Numbered from the stretch's first letter, positions 1 through 12,427 are shown. The stretch: DNA of 64,000 bases from Cyanophora paradoxa CCMP329 (GCA_004431415.1 QPMI01000428.1:310001-374000), one strand, 5' to 3'. Notes: generated by a model not told the origin, from the letters alone. A program made the numbers and translations.

Positions 1-712
1 CGAGCGAACGCCGACGCGCGAGCTGCGAGCGACCGCGAGCGACCGCGAGCAATCGCTGTGGTGCAGGGTCGGTCACATAGAGCTGAGCAGCAGCATAACA
101 GCCCCTGAGGGAGCCGGCTTTGAGAGTCGTTGAATAGTGGGGGGGTACTTGTCGTCACATCAAATGTGTACCCCGTTCGCGAGCGCTTCGCGGGCACAGC
201 GCGAAGCCACCGCCGTGGAGCACCAGCGACAGCGACCAGAGCAGATGAACAGCAGTCCGCGACCGACTGGAGCAGCGACCGAAGCGACCGACGTACCGCG
301 GAAGCGTTGGCGGTCCGTTGCACCATCAAGGCTGGCGTCGCCCTCGAGCTCGCATCTCCTGAACACCCGAATGCGCAGGCACCGATGCGCCGCGGGCCGA
401 TGCGCCGCCCTCATGTCCTGCGAGCCAGGACTGGTGCCGCGAGCCAGTTACCGTGAGCCAGAGAGATAGAACGCTCGTAGTGGCTCTCCTGCTTCGGAGA
501 ACCACCCGCCGCCAAGTATTCCGGAGCACGCTTGATTGACCCGCGGCATCGGCCATAGCTCCTCTCACACGTGCCGCAGTGTGCTCGGATGCTTTGTGAC
601 CCTATTCTGCTGCTTAATTTTGCACAGATGCCGCCGAAGCATGTCCGTCCTCTGTCGTTTCCCAAGGGTGCGCGAACGCTGATCTGATTGTATCACTAGC
701 GTGAACTAGCGG

Positions 713-1066
713 GGCGGCTAGCCCCCCAAATTAGGGTGGACGCGACCACCAAATTAAGCTCCCCCGCTAGATCGCCCGGGTCGCCGGGCCGGGGCCCATC
801 GCCCAGGGCGCGCACAGACTCCGCGCATGTTCCTACGCCTTTATATACATGCATATAAGATAGAGCACCCCTGTGAAACTTCAGAATCCGGGTTCTCAAC
901 ACTCGGCGGGCCTTAGATCGAATTTGCCTCGGGCGGAATAGATCCGGGATCGCCGAAATTGCTGAGTTGCGAACGGTTTAGCTGGACTTAACAATAGGTA
1001 GCTAGCGACTCCGTGACGGGTCGGAGTTTCCTAGCTATAGTAGCTGGGTAAATGAGAAGGTCCTAT
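713..1066. repeat. ~354 bp dispersed repeat, copy 1 (probable non-autonomous transposon end)
   Basis: Essentially identical (one C-run length difference) to 3133-3485, from GGCGGCTAGCCCCC to GAGAAGGTCCTAT. Confidence 0.92.
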
Positions 1067-1454
1067 TTTCCATACATAAATCATTGAAATCCAACGACTA
1101 ACCGCAGGACTTGCGCGCAGGCTCGCGGCGGCCACTGCAGCTGCAGTTCCAGTTCCGCAGCGCCCGTCCCCCCGCGCCCCTTGTCCCCGTGCGCGCGCTC
1201 CACGCCCGCACGCCGTCCCCCGATGCGTGCGCTCCCCGCGCCCTGCTCCCTCCGCGGCCCCCCGCGCCCCGGCTCTGATGCCCCCCGCGGGCCCCACCGG
1301 TTCGCCGCGCCCCTTGCCCATCCTCAAGCCCCCCCGCCGCGCTCCTCGCCTTCCCCCCCCCCCCCCCCCCCCCCTCTTCCTTCCCCACCAACCCCGCCGC
1401 ATCCCCGCCCCCGTTACCTAGTCGAATAATCCTGATTGATCCTGCACCCCGCAG

Positions 1455-2330
1455 CAGGCCTCGCGGGCGGAATACCGGCGCCGAGCGGCGCCGACGCCCA
1501 GCGCCGACGCCCCTGGGGCGCCCGATTATTTCGTGCTCGGCGGCACTGCGGGACGCGGCGCGGCTCGCCGTCGAGGCCGCCCTGGACGTCCGCGGCATCG
1601 CCTTCGAGCGCGCCGGCGTCGCCCTCCGCCCCCACAACGGCTTCGGTCCGCCCCGCCCCGCCCGCCCGCCCCGCCCCGCCCTGCCCGGCCCCCCTCGCCT
1701 CGCCCCCCGCCCCGCCCTCCCCGTCCAGCCCGGCCCGCTCCGGCCCGCCCCGCTCCGGCCCGCCCCGCCGCCCCGCCCCGCCGCCCCTGCCTGCCCCGCC
1801 CCGCCCCGCCCCTGCCTGCCCGCCCGGCCCGCCCGCCGGCGCTGACGCGGGCGCAGGGGCCGGCGAGCTGCAGACGTACCTCGTGCGGGCGGGCGAGCGG
1901 GCGGGCCAGCTGCTCTTCGCCGGCGATCTCGTCGCCCAGGCGCGCCACCCGTCAGATCTGATCTGAGCTGATCCGATCTGAGCTTCTGAGCTGAGCTGGG
2001 CAGCGCGCAGGTGGCGGCGGCGCAGCGTGCGAGCACAAGGACAAGGAGAGGACGAGGTCGCAGCGTGCGAGCACAACGACGCCCCGCTGGAGGGGTACGA
2101 CGCGGAGGGGTACGGTAATTTGTGCACGTTGTACCCGCTGTAGAGTTCTCTCCTTCTGGTAAAATCCTCCGCAGGGGCTTCTCGCGGAAGCTCAACACGG
2201 GCCTCGTCGTCGGTCCGTGTACCCCCACCCTCCGAAGGGGTAGAGGGAGAAATGAAGGAGCGTGCGCGCCCCAGAGCTCGTTCTGGTCGATAAGTCGGAC
2301 ACCGCCAAGCCGGCCTTCGCCAACTTCAAC
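1455..2330 (+). pseudogene. Spliced gene fragment of unknown function lying between the two 353 bp repeats
   Basis: Exon-like segments with GT/GC..CAG boundaries (LRDAARLAVEAALDVRGIAFERAGVALRPHNGF; GELQTYLVRAGERAGQLLFAGDLVAQ; HNDAPLEGYDAEGY; GFSRKLNTGLVV). No clean start or continuous frame; an 18 bp duplication at 2021/2059 disturbs one exon. Confidence 0.45.
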
Positions 2331-3132
2331 GCCCAGGTGCGCATGCGCACGCCCCCCTGCGGGCCCTGCCCCGGCCCCTGCATTTCCGAGCGCTGGCCAG
2401 CCGGCGCCACAATCTAGTATAACTGCTCTCGCACGCCCCATGCCAATTTAGGCTTCAAATTACATAAGCTCGTTCTCATATCATCTTTCCATATCAATGC
2501 TCTTCTAACTTCAGGATTCGAAGCGCAGCAGCGCGCGTGCGCGCAGTGGCCCTGCTTTGATGATGCACGAGCCCCAAGGTGTGTCTTTCTATGGGTGTTG
2601 CGCTCGGGCTTTTTTGGCTGATTGGACGGGGTGCGAGGGGGCCAGTGTCGCTGGGACCCGGTTTTGGCTGGCGCGAGCGGATTTTGGAGTCTCTCGGGTC
2701 TGCTGCGACGCTCGAGAGCATTGGACAGCATGCCGCCGGCCGCGGCGCCGCCACGCAGAGCAGCGCGGCGCGCGGATGCGCCGGCAAGCGATGCACCTGC
2801 ACGCAGGCAGCAGCAATTTGATCCGCTTGCTGGCACACAGGAAGACGTTTCCCGACATTAGAAACAGTGAATTCGTGATAGATTAGATGCCTGCTGGGCG
2901 GCAATCAAGCGCCCGATGGAAATTTCGGTGTGGCCAACAGTCATACAAGCCCAACCCTGGCGGCCGGGAACTGCAGGCTGTTGCCCGCAGGGGGGGGGCA
3001 ATCCGCGGTTAAAATCTTGGGTCAATTCTTAATTTCGAGTCGAATAATTACTTATTATGGCCAAAATTAACGTTTTTAAGCTTTATTTCGACGCTTTTAA
3101 GCGTAATTTCGCCGAATTATACCGAAATCCGT

Positions 3133-3485
3133 GGCGGCTAGCCCCCAAATTAGGGTGGACGCGACCACCAAATTAAGCTCCCCCGCTAGATCGCCCGGGT
3201 CGCCGGGCCGGGGCCCATCGCCCAGGGCGCGCACAGACTCCGCGCATGTTCCTACGCCTTTATATACATGCATATAAGATAGAGCACCCCTGTGAAACTT
3301 CAGAATCCGGGTTCTCAACACTCGGCGGGCCTTAGATCGAATTTGCCTCGGGCGGAATAGATCCGGGATCGCCGAAATTGCTGAGTTGCGAACGGTTTAG
3401 CTGGACTTAACAATAGGTAGCTAGCGACTCCGTGACGGGTCGGAGTTTCCTAGCTATAGTAGCTGGGTAAATGAGAAGGTCCTAT
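3133..3485. repeat. ~353 bp dispersed repeat, copy 2
   Basis: Direct repeat of 713-1066. Confidence 0.92.
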
Positions 3486-3517
3486 ATATAGCGCGCGCCG
3501 TGCCGCGCCGGCCCATA

Positions 3518-4408
3518 TAGCTAGCGCTGCGCTAGCTATATATAGCGCGCGCCGCGCCGCGCCGGCGCGGCCCAGCGCGCGGCCCGGCGGCCGGTCCACC
3601 GACGCGGTCCGACGGTCCGGCGACGGACCACCGTATACGTGAGTAACGTGACGGCACGTCGCGTCGGCCGCGGTCCATGGTCGACGCTAGTACTAGTCGG
3701 ACGTCGACGTGGTCTCCGGCGACTCTCCGCTCGTCCGTCGTCGTCAAAAAATTGCGAGTGTGGTACCCCGGGCCCGGCCTGGGCAGTGGGCAGGCGCGCG
3801 CCGCCGGCCCGCCGCCGGGCCGGCGCCGGGCCGGCCCGCGCCGCGTCCCGCCGGCCGCCGGCCGGTACCGCTGGTAGCAGCAAAAGCCGGCCAGCCGCGC
3901 GGCTTCGGGGCCCGGCTCGGCTAGTGCCTGGCCGCCCGGGCGCCGGCGCCGGCCGGCCGGGCTAGCGCTGGCCGGGCCTGGCCCGGCCCTGGCCCGTCAG
4001 GCCGGGCCGGCCCGGGCGCCGGGCCGCCGCCGGCGCCGGCCCGGCGGCACGGCGCCGTGACGGCGGCCGGCGGGACGCGGCGCGGGCCGGCCCGGCGCCG
4101 GCCCGGCGGCGGGCCGGCGGCGCGCGCCTGCCCACTGCCCAGGCCGGGCCCGGGGTACCACACTCGCAATGTTTTGACGACGACGGACGAGCGGATCGGA
4201 GAGTCGCCGGAGACCACGTCGACGTCCGACTAGTACTAGCGTCGACCATGGACCGCGGCCGACGCGACGTGCCGTCACGTTACTCACGTATACGGTGGTC
4301 CGTCGCCGGACCGTCGGACCGCGTCGGTGGACCGGCCGCCGGGCCGCGCGCTGGGCCGCGCCGGCGCGGCGCGGCGCGCGCTATATATAGCTAGCGCAGC
4401 GCTAGCTA
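3518..4408. mobile_element. Foldback / long-TIR non-autonomous element (arms ~343 bp, spacer ~200 bp)
   Basis: 3518-3860 is the near-perfect reverse complement of 4061-4408, differing by a 5 nt insertion and a 1 nt change. The ends are TA-rich and there is no credible coding capacity. Confidence 0.8.
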
Positions 4409-4644
4409 CTATATGCTAGCGCTTTTTTAAAACTGGACGCAATTTTTACGGATCTTTTTAACAACTCCTAGTTAGGTAATTCAGAATTAACGCCCGGTAC
4501 CTTCGTTCGCCCTGTTCTATTGAGGTTGCCTCTTTCCTTCCAAGTTTTCTGTACCCACCCTACCTCCAGGTCGCCCTCCCGCTGTATCGTATGCTAATAC
4601 GCAATTGCCAGTGCGGCCGCTGCGGCGGCAACCGGCTGGGGTCC

Positions 4645-4721
4645 TGGGGAGTCAGTGGGGACTCAGTGGGGAGTCAGTGGGGACTCAGTGAGTCACTGGG
4701 GACTCAGTGGGGAGTCAGTGG
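4645..4721. repeat. Short tandem repeat of TGGGGA(G/C)TCAG (11 bp unit, ~6 copies)
   Basis: Directly visible; related GACTCA/GAGTCA units recur at ~61970-62010. Confidence 0.8.
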
Positions 4722-5095
4722 CCCAGTGGGGGCCGCGGCCCGCGGGCCACTGGGCCAGCTGCCAGCCTGGCAGGAGCCTGGGGGCCCGGCCGCCCGGCGC
4801 CCGGCGCCCTGCGCAGCTGGGGCCCCCGAGGCTGGGGGCCAGGAGCTTCAACTCCTGGGAGCTGCCAGCCGGCGGCCGCGGCCCGCGGGCTTGAATCGAG
4901 GCCCGATGATTCGCGATCGAGGGGCCCAGCCAATCAATATCGATATCCAATTTCAATATGTGATTCTCGATTAATTGAATAGTACACTAATAGTCTAATA
5001 CTGTACTATTACAATATTAATATTGGCTCAGCGGCTTTGCCGATCGCGAATGAATGAATATATATGATCATGCTAGTACTGTAAACGTACTAATA

Positions 5096-5309
5096 TCCGC
5101 CAGCACTTTAATTCGACAAAACCCGAAAATCCTGTCGAAAATTAGCTTCGTCCGCCAGCGTCTTGATTTCGACACCCTGCGACTTCGCCATAGAGAGGTC
5201 AGCCGCTGATACCCCTCTCTCCATACAAAGGCTTAATTCGCCAGCGTCAAATATTCGACAGCGCGAGGGTCTGGCGAATATAGTCGAAATTAAACGCTGG
5301 CGGAAATTC
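5096..5309. mobile_element. MITE-like element, copy 1
   Basis: Imperfect TIR: TCCGCCAGCACTTTAATTCGAC ... GTCGAAATTAAACGCTGGCGGA, with internal CGCCAGCGTC/TTCGAC motifs. Confidence 0.65.
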
Positions 5310-5379
5310 GTACGTTTCAGTACCGTGTCAGTACGGTACTGTGATTCTGTGAATTCGAATGCACGAATTTTCGAGTCAA

Positions 5380-5668
5380 ATTCCGACAGCACTTTAAATT
5401 TATTTCGCCAGAACCCGCCGGGCCGTTCAACGTTAACCCGAAAATCCTGGGCCCACGGCCGCCCACGGCGGCCCACCCCGCGCGGCCGCGCCGCGCGCGA
5501 CCTCGCCATGCACGAGTCAGCCGCTAGTACCCCTCCCGGGCCTGCATACAAGAGCTCAATTCGATGTTCCGAAGCTCGCCAGCGTCAAATATTCGTCAGC
5601 GCGAGTTTCTGGCGAATTATCTGCCGCGAATATAGTCGAAACTTGAAATTAAACGCTGACGAAATTTT
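5380..5668. mobile_element. Degenerate adjacent second copy of the 5096-5309 MITE
   Basis: Collinear blocks shared with copy 1 (ACCCGAAAATCCTG, GTCAGCCGCT, CGCCAGCGTCAAATATTCG, GAAATTAAACGCTG), interrupted by several insertions. Confidence 0.65.
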
Positions 5669-5882
5669 TAGATGAATCGAACCTCGGAATCCCATTACTC
5701 AGTGATATCGATGTGCGCATGCCGCATGCGCAGTACTAGTAGTAGTCTAGGAGACTAGGACTACTAGTAGTCACTAGTGCCACGGTGCCTCCCGGACCAA
5801 GAGTCCCGGTCCCTGAGTCCCGGAGTCCGGAGTCCGGAATCCGGATCATCGGATCCCCTCGCCCCGGGCCCCTACTGGTATA

Positions 5883-6143
5883 CCGTAGAGCAGGAAAATA
5901 GTGGGCCGGAAATTAGTGGACTAGAAAACTAAGCCCTCCCTTAGGCAAAATACTGGAGCCCGAAATTAGTGGACCAAAACCTTGTCAGGCTTGCATGGGG
6001 CGGTAATTGTATGGGGTACTGTATGGGGCAGCCTAGCAGCAGGGAAATACTCGAGCCCGAAATTAGTGGACTGAGTCAAGTTTTCGGTCCACTAATTTCG
6101 GGCTCCACTAATTTTCTGCGTCCAGTATTTTCCTGCTCTACGG
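5883..6143. mobile_element. Tc1/mariner-type MITE with TA target duplication
   Basis: TA|CCGTAGAGCAGGAAAATA ... TATTTTCCTGCTCTACGG|TA perfect TIR; subterminal AAATTAGTGG repeats in both orientations. Confidence 0.88.
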
Positions 6144-6545
6144 TAGCTAGCCGCTGAGCGCCGGCCTCCCCGGCCCGCCGGGCGGGCCGGGCCCCGCGGC
6201 CCCCGCCCGGGCCGCCCCAAGCATTGGGGGCTCTCTTTCGAGTCAGTTTCGACCTTCCAAAGTTCTTGCAATTTTGCAGTGCAATATTTGCGAACCATGA
6301 ATTCCAATTTTTTGGGGAGAGCCTGAGCAGCACCTATGTCACGACGGTACAACCTGCAACTTAGACTGCAAGCTAGCTCTGCGAAGGCGGGCCCCGGGGA
6401 GGGGGCGGCCAGTGCAAAACGAATTCCAAGCGAAAAACACAAAAGCTGCACGCGCGCTAAACAACGCTAATACTGAAACAGTCTGACGAAACTCCGCGAA
6501 ACAGATCGGAGACGCGGGCGGCGCCGGCGGCGCCGGCGCTCGAGC

Positions 6546-7081
6546 TCACGCAGCGGACGGCACGGGTGCCGAGCACTGCGCCGGGGGCGGCTGCTGCTGC
6601 TGCCACTTGGCGCCCGCCTCGGGGAGCGGGAAGGCCGGGACGGGCGGGGCTGGCTGGCCATGGGTCCCCGTGTCAGCCCGGGGGCCCGGGAGGGGCGGCG
6701 CGGGCGGCGACGCCGACGCGGTCGGCTGCGGGAGCCGATGGGCGGCGGGCAGGGGCGCCGCGGGGTGCGGCGGGGCGGGCGGGAGGTCCGAGGCGGCCCT
6801 GGGGAGCTGCGGGGCGGGCGGGAGCGCTCCCGCCCGCGCCGCCTCCCGCACAGGGGACTGCGACATGCCGTCCGCCATCGGCGCCGGCGAGTCGTGGTTC
6901 GACTCCGCGCCGGACCTGCTCTCTGCTCGGACCGGCGTCGCCACCCCGCCGCCCCTGCCGCTGCGCCGCCGCGCCCCCGGCCGCGGCCGCGGCCGCGGCC
7001 CCGACCCCTCGGCCGCCCCGGCCCTGGCCCCGCACCGCCGCCGGCGCGGTCGTCGACGTCGAGGAGGAGGAAGCTATCGGT

Positions 7082-7124
<43 letters not shown>

Positions 7125-10100
7125 GCGCCGTTGCGGGCCGGCCCTCAGCGAGGGGTAGAGGCGGGGGCGGCCGCGGGGCCGACCGGTGCCGCGGGCGCGG
7201 GCTACGGCGGCGGGCGATGCCGAGGTCGAGAGGCGGGCCGCCCCGGGCCGCGCCGGGCGGGGCTGCCGTCGGACCCGGACGGGGGCGGCGGGGATGAGCG
7301 CGGGGGCGGGACGGGCGGGATGGCGTGCAGCACTGCGAGCGGGTCCGAGCGGCGCGTCCGCGTCGAGGCGAGCGTCGCCGGGCCCGCGGGCGCCGCCGCC
7401 GCCGCCGCCGGCGCCGCCGGGCCGGGCGGCGCAGTCACCGTGTCCGCCAGCGCCGCCGGCGGCCGGCCCGCGTGCTCCTCGTGGCTACCGGAGGCGCGGC
7501 CGGGGCGGCGGCGGGGGCGGGGGCGAGGGCGAGGGCGCGGGGGAGGCCGCCGCCGGCCGCGCCTGCTTCGCGCCGGGCCGCAGGTCCGTCTCGAAGTCGT
7601 CGCCGAATCCGCGGGCGGCCCGCGCGCGCTTCTTGGGGCCCTCGACGGGCAGCGGCGGGAAGCGCGCCGCGAGCCGCCGCAGCTCGGGGGTCTCCACGGT
7701 CACGAACAGCGTGCAGCCGTGCCGCCCCTCCATCACGCACCTGGCTCAAGCTCAAGCTTAAGCTTAAGCTAAGCTTAAGCTAAAGAAAGAGAGGACGAAC
7801 CGCATGGAGTGGGCGTGGCGGACACAGGCGGAGCGGGTCTTGCAGGAGACGGGCCCCGAGCAGAGGAGGTGGGAGAGGGCGGAGCGGCGGTGGCACGCGT
7901 GGCAGCCGTCCACCTCCGCGTTGATCACGCCGACCTGAGGGCGGGGGCGGGCGGGCGGGCGGGTCAGCGGGGGCCCGGGCGGGCGGTGCCTCTAAGAGGC
8001 CGAGGGGGAAGGGGTCAGCTCCAAGCTCGCAGGAAGCCAGGTGGAGAGCTTGGGTGCTCAAGCTAGAGATCCGAGCGGGCGCGGGCGGGGCGGGGCGGGG
8101 CGGGGGGCCGCGCCTTGTGCTCGCGGCCGAGGTCGCGGTGGCCGCGCAGGGCCGGCGCGTTATCGAAGAGCAGGCGGGCGCGCTCGCGGCCCCCCAGCTC
8201 CTCCTCCAGCACCCCCGCCAGCTGCGAGGGGAGGGAGAGGCTCAGAAGGCGAGGAGGAGGGGGAGTAAAGAGAAGGCGCACGGCGTTGCGGTACTGCGGG
8301 CTGTTCTGGATGTCGACGACCTCGGGCCACGACTTCACGTCGTCCGGCTGCGCGGGCGCGGGGCGGGGCGCGTCAGACAGGGGCGGGGGCGAAGGCGGGC
8401 GCGTGGGGGAGGGAGGGAGGCGAGGCGAGGCAAAGCAGCTCCGGGGGCTAGCGCGGGCGAAGCTGAGCCGGGCCAGAGACCCGAGCCAGGAGCTCCCCCG
8501 TGATCCCCGGCGAGCGCCGGCCGGCCCGAGCCCCGAGCCCGAGCCCCAGGGAGGAGGTGCGAGCGGAGAAGAAGCCCCGAGCTAGAAGCCAGGCGGGGCG
8601 GAGGGCCGGCCGGCCCGAGGGGGCCCCCGGGCACCTTGGCGAGCATGATGCGGGACAGGACGCGCTGCACGTTGATCCCTGCGCGCGCACGCCCGTCAGC
8701 AGGCGATCGAACGGGGAGGGCGGCCGGGCGGCAAGCGATGGACGGAGTTCTGGAGCACTTCAACTCTAGGGGTAGGAGTCTCCGGCAGCCTCAGGGTTCT
8801 CTCTAGGGGGCGGGCGGGCCTGGGCGGGCGGGGCGGGGCGGGGCCACACCGGAGGGCTTGCAGCGGAGGATGTCGTCGGCGCGCTCGCCCGCCGCCCAGG
8901 CGTCCAGCCAGTCGCCCCACGCGAAGTTGACCGACTCCGCGATGTTGAAGCCCATGTTCACGCCCTGATCGCCACGAAAAGGCGTCAGCCCGAGCCCGGG
9001 GCGGGGCGGGGCGGGTAGCCCGATCGCAGAGGGCCCTAAACCCCTTGAGCCCGGGCTCGAGGCGGGGCGGGCCGGGGCGGGGCGGGGCATGGCGGGCGTG
9101 GGGGAGCGTGAGCCCCAGTTCGAGAACCCGTGGCCCTAAGCACTGACCAACCAACCAACTAAGGGAAGGGGCGGGGCGGGGCAAAGGCGCCCCGGGTCCT
9201 CTGTACGAGCCCCTCCCGGACCGCCGGCCCCCTCGGGGCCTCGCAGGGCGGACCTGGTGGAAGCAGCCGTAGTCGGTGCAGACGATGTCGCCGGGGCGCT
9301 GCACGAGGCGCCACACGCGGAAGCCCGCCTCCACCAGCTCCTGCGCACGCGAGGCGAGGCGAGGCACCCCGCCCCGCGTCAGAGAGAGAGAGAGAGAGAG
9401 AGATGGAAGAAGGTCCAGGCCGGCCCGAAATCTCCCCCGCCCCGCCCCGCCCCGCGCCCCGGGGCCCGCGCGGTGCACGGCTCGCCTGGGGGTCGAAGAA
9501 GAGGGTCTTGGCGGGGAGGGGCCCCTCCAGCACCGCCGAGCGCTCCCCCACGAAGTGCGGGTACTGTATATCCGAGCGGGTCAGATCAGATCGGATCAGA
9601 TCACATCAGATGAGAGGAGGGGCGCGCCTTGTCGCGGACGTAGTCCTGGAGGCGGGGCCGGTCCTCGGGCGCCAGCACGTACCACACCTGCGCAGGCGCG
9701 GGGCGGGGCGGGGCGGGGTGGGGCGGGGCGGGGCGGTGGGTCAGACCCACCGAGCAGAGCGGGCGGCGTGCGGCATGTGGGGCGGGGCGGGAAGCGCTGC
9801 CGCGGCCGCCTTCGGGCATCCATCTATCCAGCTATCCACCTATCCTCGGGCGGGCGGGGCGGGGCGGGGCTCTGGACCTTGGGGGCGCCGTAGGAGACGT
9901 AGTTGAAGGAGCCGAGCAGCTCGTCCTCCAGGTGCATGCAGAAAAACGTCCACGGCTGCGCCCGGGGCGTTAGTTGGGCGCGAGGGGGGCGGCGCGGGGC
10001 GGCGAGGAGGATAGGATACGGGGAGGATAGGGGTCCCGCGGGGGGCTCGGGTCGCGGTGCGGGAGGGGGGAGTGGGGCGGGCGGGCGGGCGTCGTCGAAC

Positions 10101-11727
10101 GGGCCGGGGAGCTAGGAGGGAAGACGGGAGCGAAGGGGCGGGATCTGGCTGCCTATGCGGGGCGGGGCAGGCGGCCGGCCGGGCGGGCGGGGCGGGCGGG
10201 CGGGCAGGCGGGCGGACCATGCCGATGTACATCCAGGGGATGTTGATGCCCGAGATCTGATCCCCCGCCCCGCCGCGTCAGAGGGCGAGGGACGAAGACG
10301 CGAGGGCGAGCTGGCGGGGGCGGGGTGGCGGGGGCGAGCTGGCGGGGGCCGCGCCTTCTCCGTGACGGCGTGCATGAGGCAGTGCGGGTCGCTGACGACG
10401 TTCTCCAGCATGAAGTCCGAGTACTTGCAGCCCTCGTTGTACGCCCACTGTAGAAGCAGTCAGAGGCTTAACTCTACCGCCGCCACCTAAGGCTATCTCT
10501 CTGAGGGCGGACCCGGGGGAAGGTCATGTTCTCGTTGACGTAGCGGGCGGGGATGTTGCGCCGCGTGGCGAGCGCGTGCTGCATCTGCGCTCCCGCGCGG
10601 TCCAGCTCCAGCGGCTCTGCGCAGAGAGCGCAGCCGGGGCCCGGCCCGCGTCAGCGGCGGCGGGCGGCGGCGGCGGCCGGCGCGAGCGAACGCGCGGGCA
10701 AGCACGGCCCGGCCCGGCGCGGCGCGGCGCGGCGCGGCGGTCGGTCGCACCGTAGTCCCGAGAGATCTCCTCGGCGATGCGAGCAAAGTCCCGGACCTGA
10801 GGGCCGCGCAAGGCGCGATCAGCCTCGGGCGCGAAGCTGCCGCGAGGGCGAGCCGCGCGGCCCGCGCCGCGGAGCGGGGCGCGGCGGCGCCGGCGCCGGG
10901 CCGGGCGCACTTGCATGTACTGCGCGTCCTCCGAGGCCCGCTTGCCCATCTCCCACTCGGCCGGGTTCATGCTGACAGTGAGCACCTGCGGCGCGGGCCG
11001 CGGTGACGGGGCGCCGGGCTACGCGGGCACGGATCCGCCGCGTTCGCACCGTGTGCGAGTCTAGCCTCTCCCTAAAATCCTCGACGTAGGGCTGCGGGGC
11101 CGCGGCAGGCAGCAGTCAGCGCCCGTCGCTTCGGTCACAGCCCGGGAACCACTCGGCGCACATGCCACGTGCGCCCCGCGACCTGGGGCATGCGCAGAAT
11201 GAACGCTCCGGCTGCGGCAAGGTCGTCGTGAGTCACCCCGCCGCTTCCCCGAGCAACGCGCCCCGGGCACGCCCGCACCTCGCATGAGCCGCGTCTCCCG
11301 GAGCCGCTTCACCACGAACTCCCCCGGCGGCTCTCCACCCTTACTTGGATACTTGAACACCGGCCCGTCTTGAATGCTGCCCTTCTTTGGGGCCGCGGGG
11401 CGATCCGCCGCACGCTGCTTTCGGAGGCCCTCTGCGGCCGTCCCGGCCGCCTTTGCCTCGACCTGCGACGAAAGGAAGCGCGATGGCGGTCCAGTCAGAG
11501 CGTCGAACGGCCGGAAAGACCCTCGTTAACGCCATCGAGAGGGTCGCGCATGCAGGGCGAAATCGAGCACCACCATCGCGGCGGAGGCCTTCTGTGTTCT
11601 GAATCGAGTGTTGATGCGTGGTTGGCTAGCATCGGCCGCGGTTGCGGCCGCCCGCCTCTGGTCCTGCCGATCCCCCCTCTTATCAGATCAATCGGCCGAG
11701 GCAAGAAGTGGGGAGACGGCACACCAT
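6546..11727 (-). CDS. JmjN-JmjC-C5HC2 zinc finger histone lysine demethylase (KDM5/JARID1-like), multi-exon, with a long Pro/Ala-rich C-terminus
   Basis: Spliced peptides: GPVFKYPSKGGEPPGEFVVKRL / GAFILRMP (JmjN-like); ISGINIPWMYIGM-PWTFFCMHLEDELLGSFNYVSYGAPKVWY ... LVQRPGDIVCTDYGCFHQ-GVNMGFNIAESVNFA (JmjC with HxE..H and the 2-OG-binding Lys); CHAC..SHLLC..C..CVRH (C5HC2-like). The start and the GC-rich tail are approximate. Confidence 0.88.
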
Positions 11728-12427
11728 CGGCAACGGCCCTAGGCGCTCTGCGCGAGGCCGAGACGCTGCGAGACGTGGCTTCCCCGCTGCTGATGACGAG
11801 GCTGCACCCAGAAACGGCGTACCCCTTGGACTGGGCAGACCTTGACGACGTGCGGCTGAGCAGCCCTTTCGCCGCCGGCCTTCGCTTCCTTCGCGCCTCT
11901 CGTTAGCGGTGCGGCTCTCAAGTCTGTGCTCAGCCACGCGCGCCTTTAGCTCGCTTGCGCATGCGTCGCGCTAGCGCTCGGTTGCGGCGCGCCCATGTAT
12001 ACGTATACGTGCGCGCGTTAGCGCTACGTTTAAGCGCGCCGGATCCCGCGCGGCCCGCGGCTGAGTCTGCACGTGCGCCACTGTGCGCGTCACGGCGCGG
12101 CGGCGTGCACTAAAGCTATAGCTAGCACTAGTACTGCAGCTAAGGGCCCTGGATTCCCGCGCGCAGCCACGGACCCGGGAACATCCGACTGGTACCGGTG
12201 CGTGCTGTGGCCCGTGGGAAGCTTGTGTAAGCTCAGGATTCAGACAAAAACTGTACACTGTACATGCAGACTCGCAAAGAAAAGAACAGACTGCTCTAGA
12301 TCTAGTCACGGATGTAGAAACGGATCTACACGGCGAACAAGAGTCGAGAAATCAGATAAAAATAGTAGCGCTAGCGCGCTAATTACAAGTGCGGGTGGCC
12401 ATGTCCGCGTTGGCGCCGGCGCTGTAG

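Noticed and set aside
713-3485. LTR retrotransposon (two direct repeats)
   Set aside because: No TG..CA ends, PBS, PPT, TSD or gag/pol remnants; the interior has spliceosomal introns.
4645-4721. CRISPR-like array
   Set aside because: 11 bp units without unique spacers in a eukaryotic context; no cas genes.
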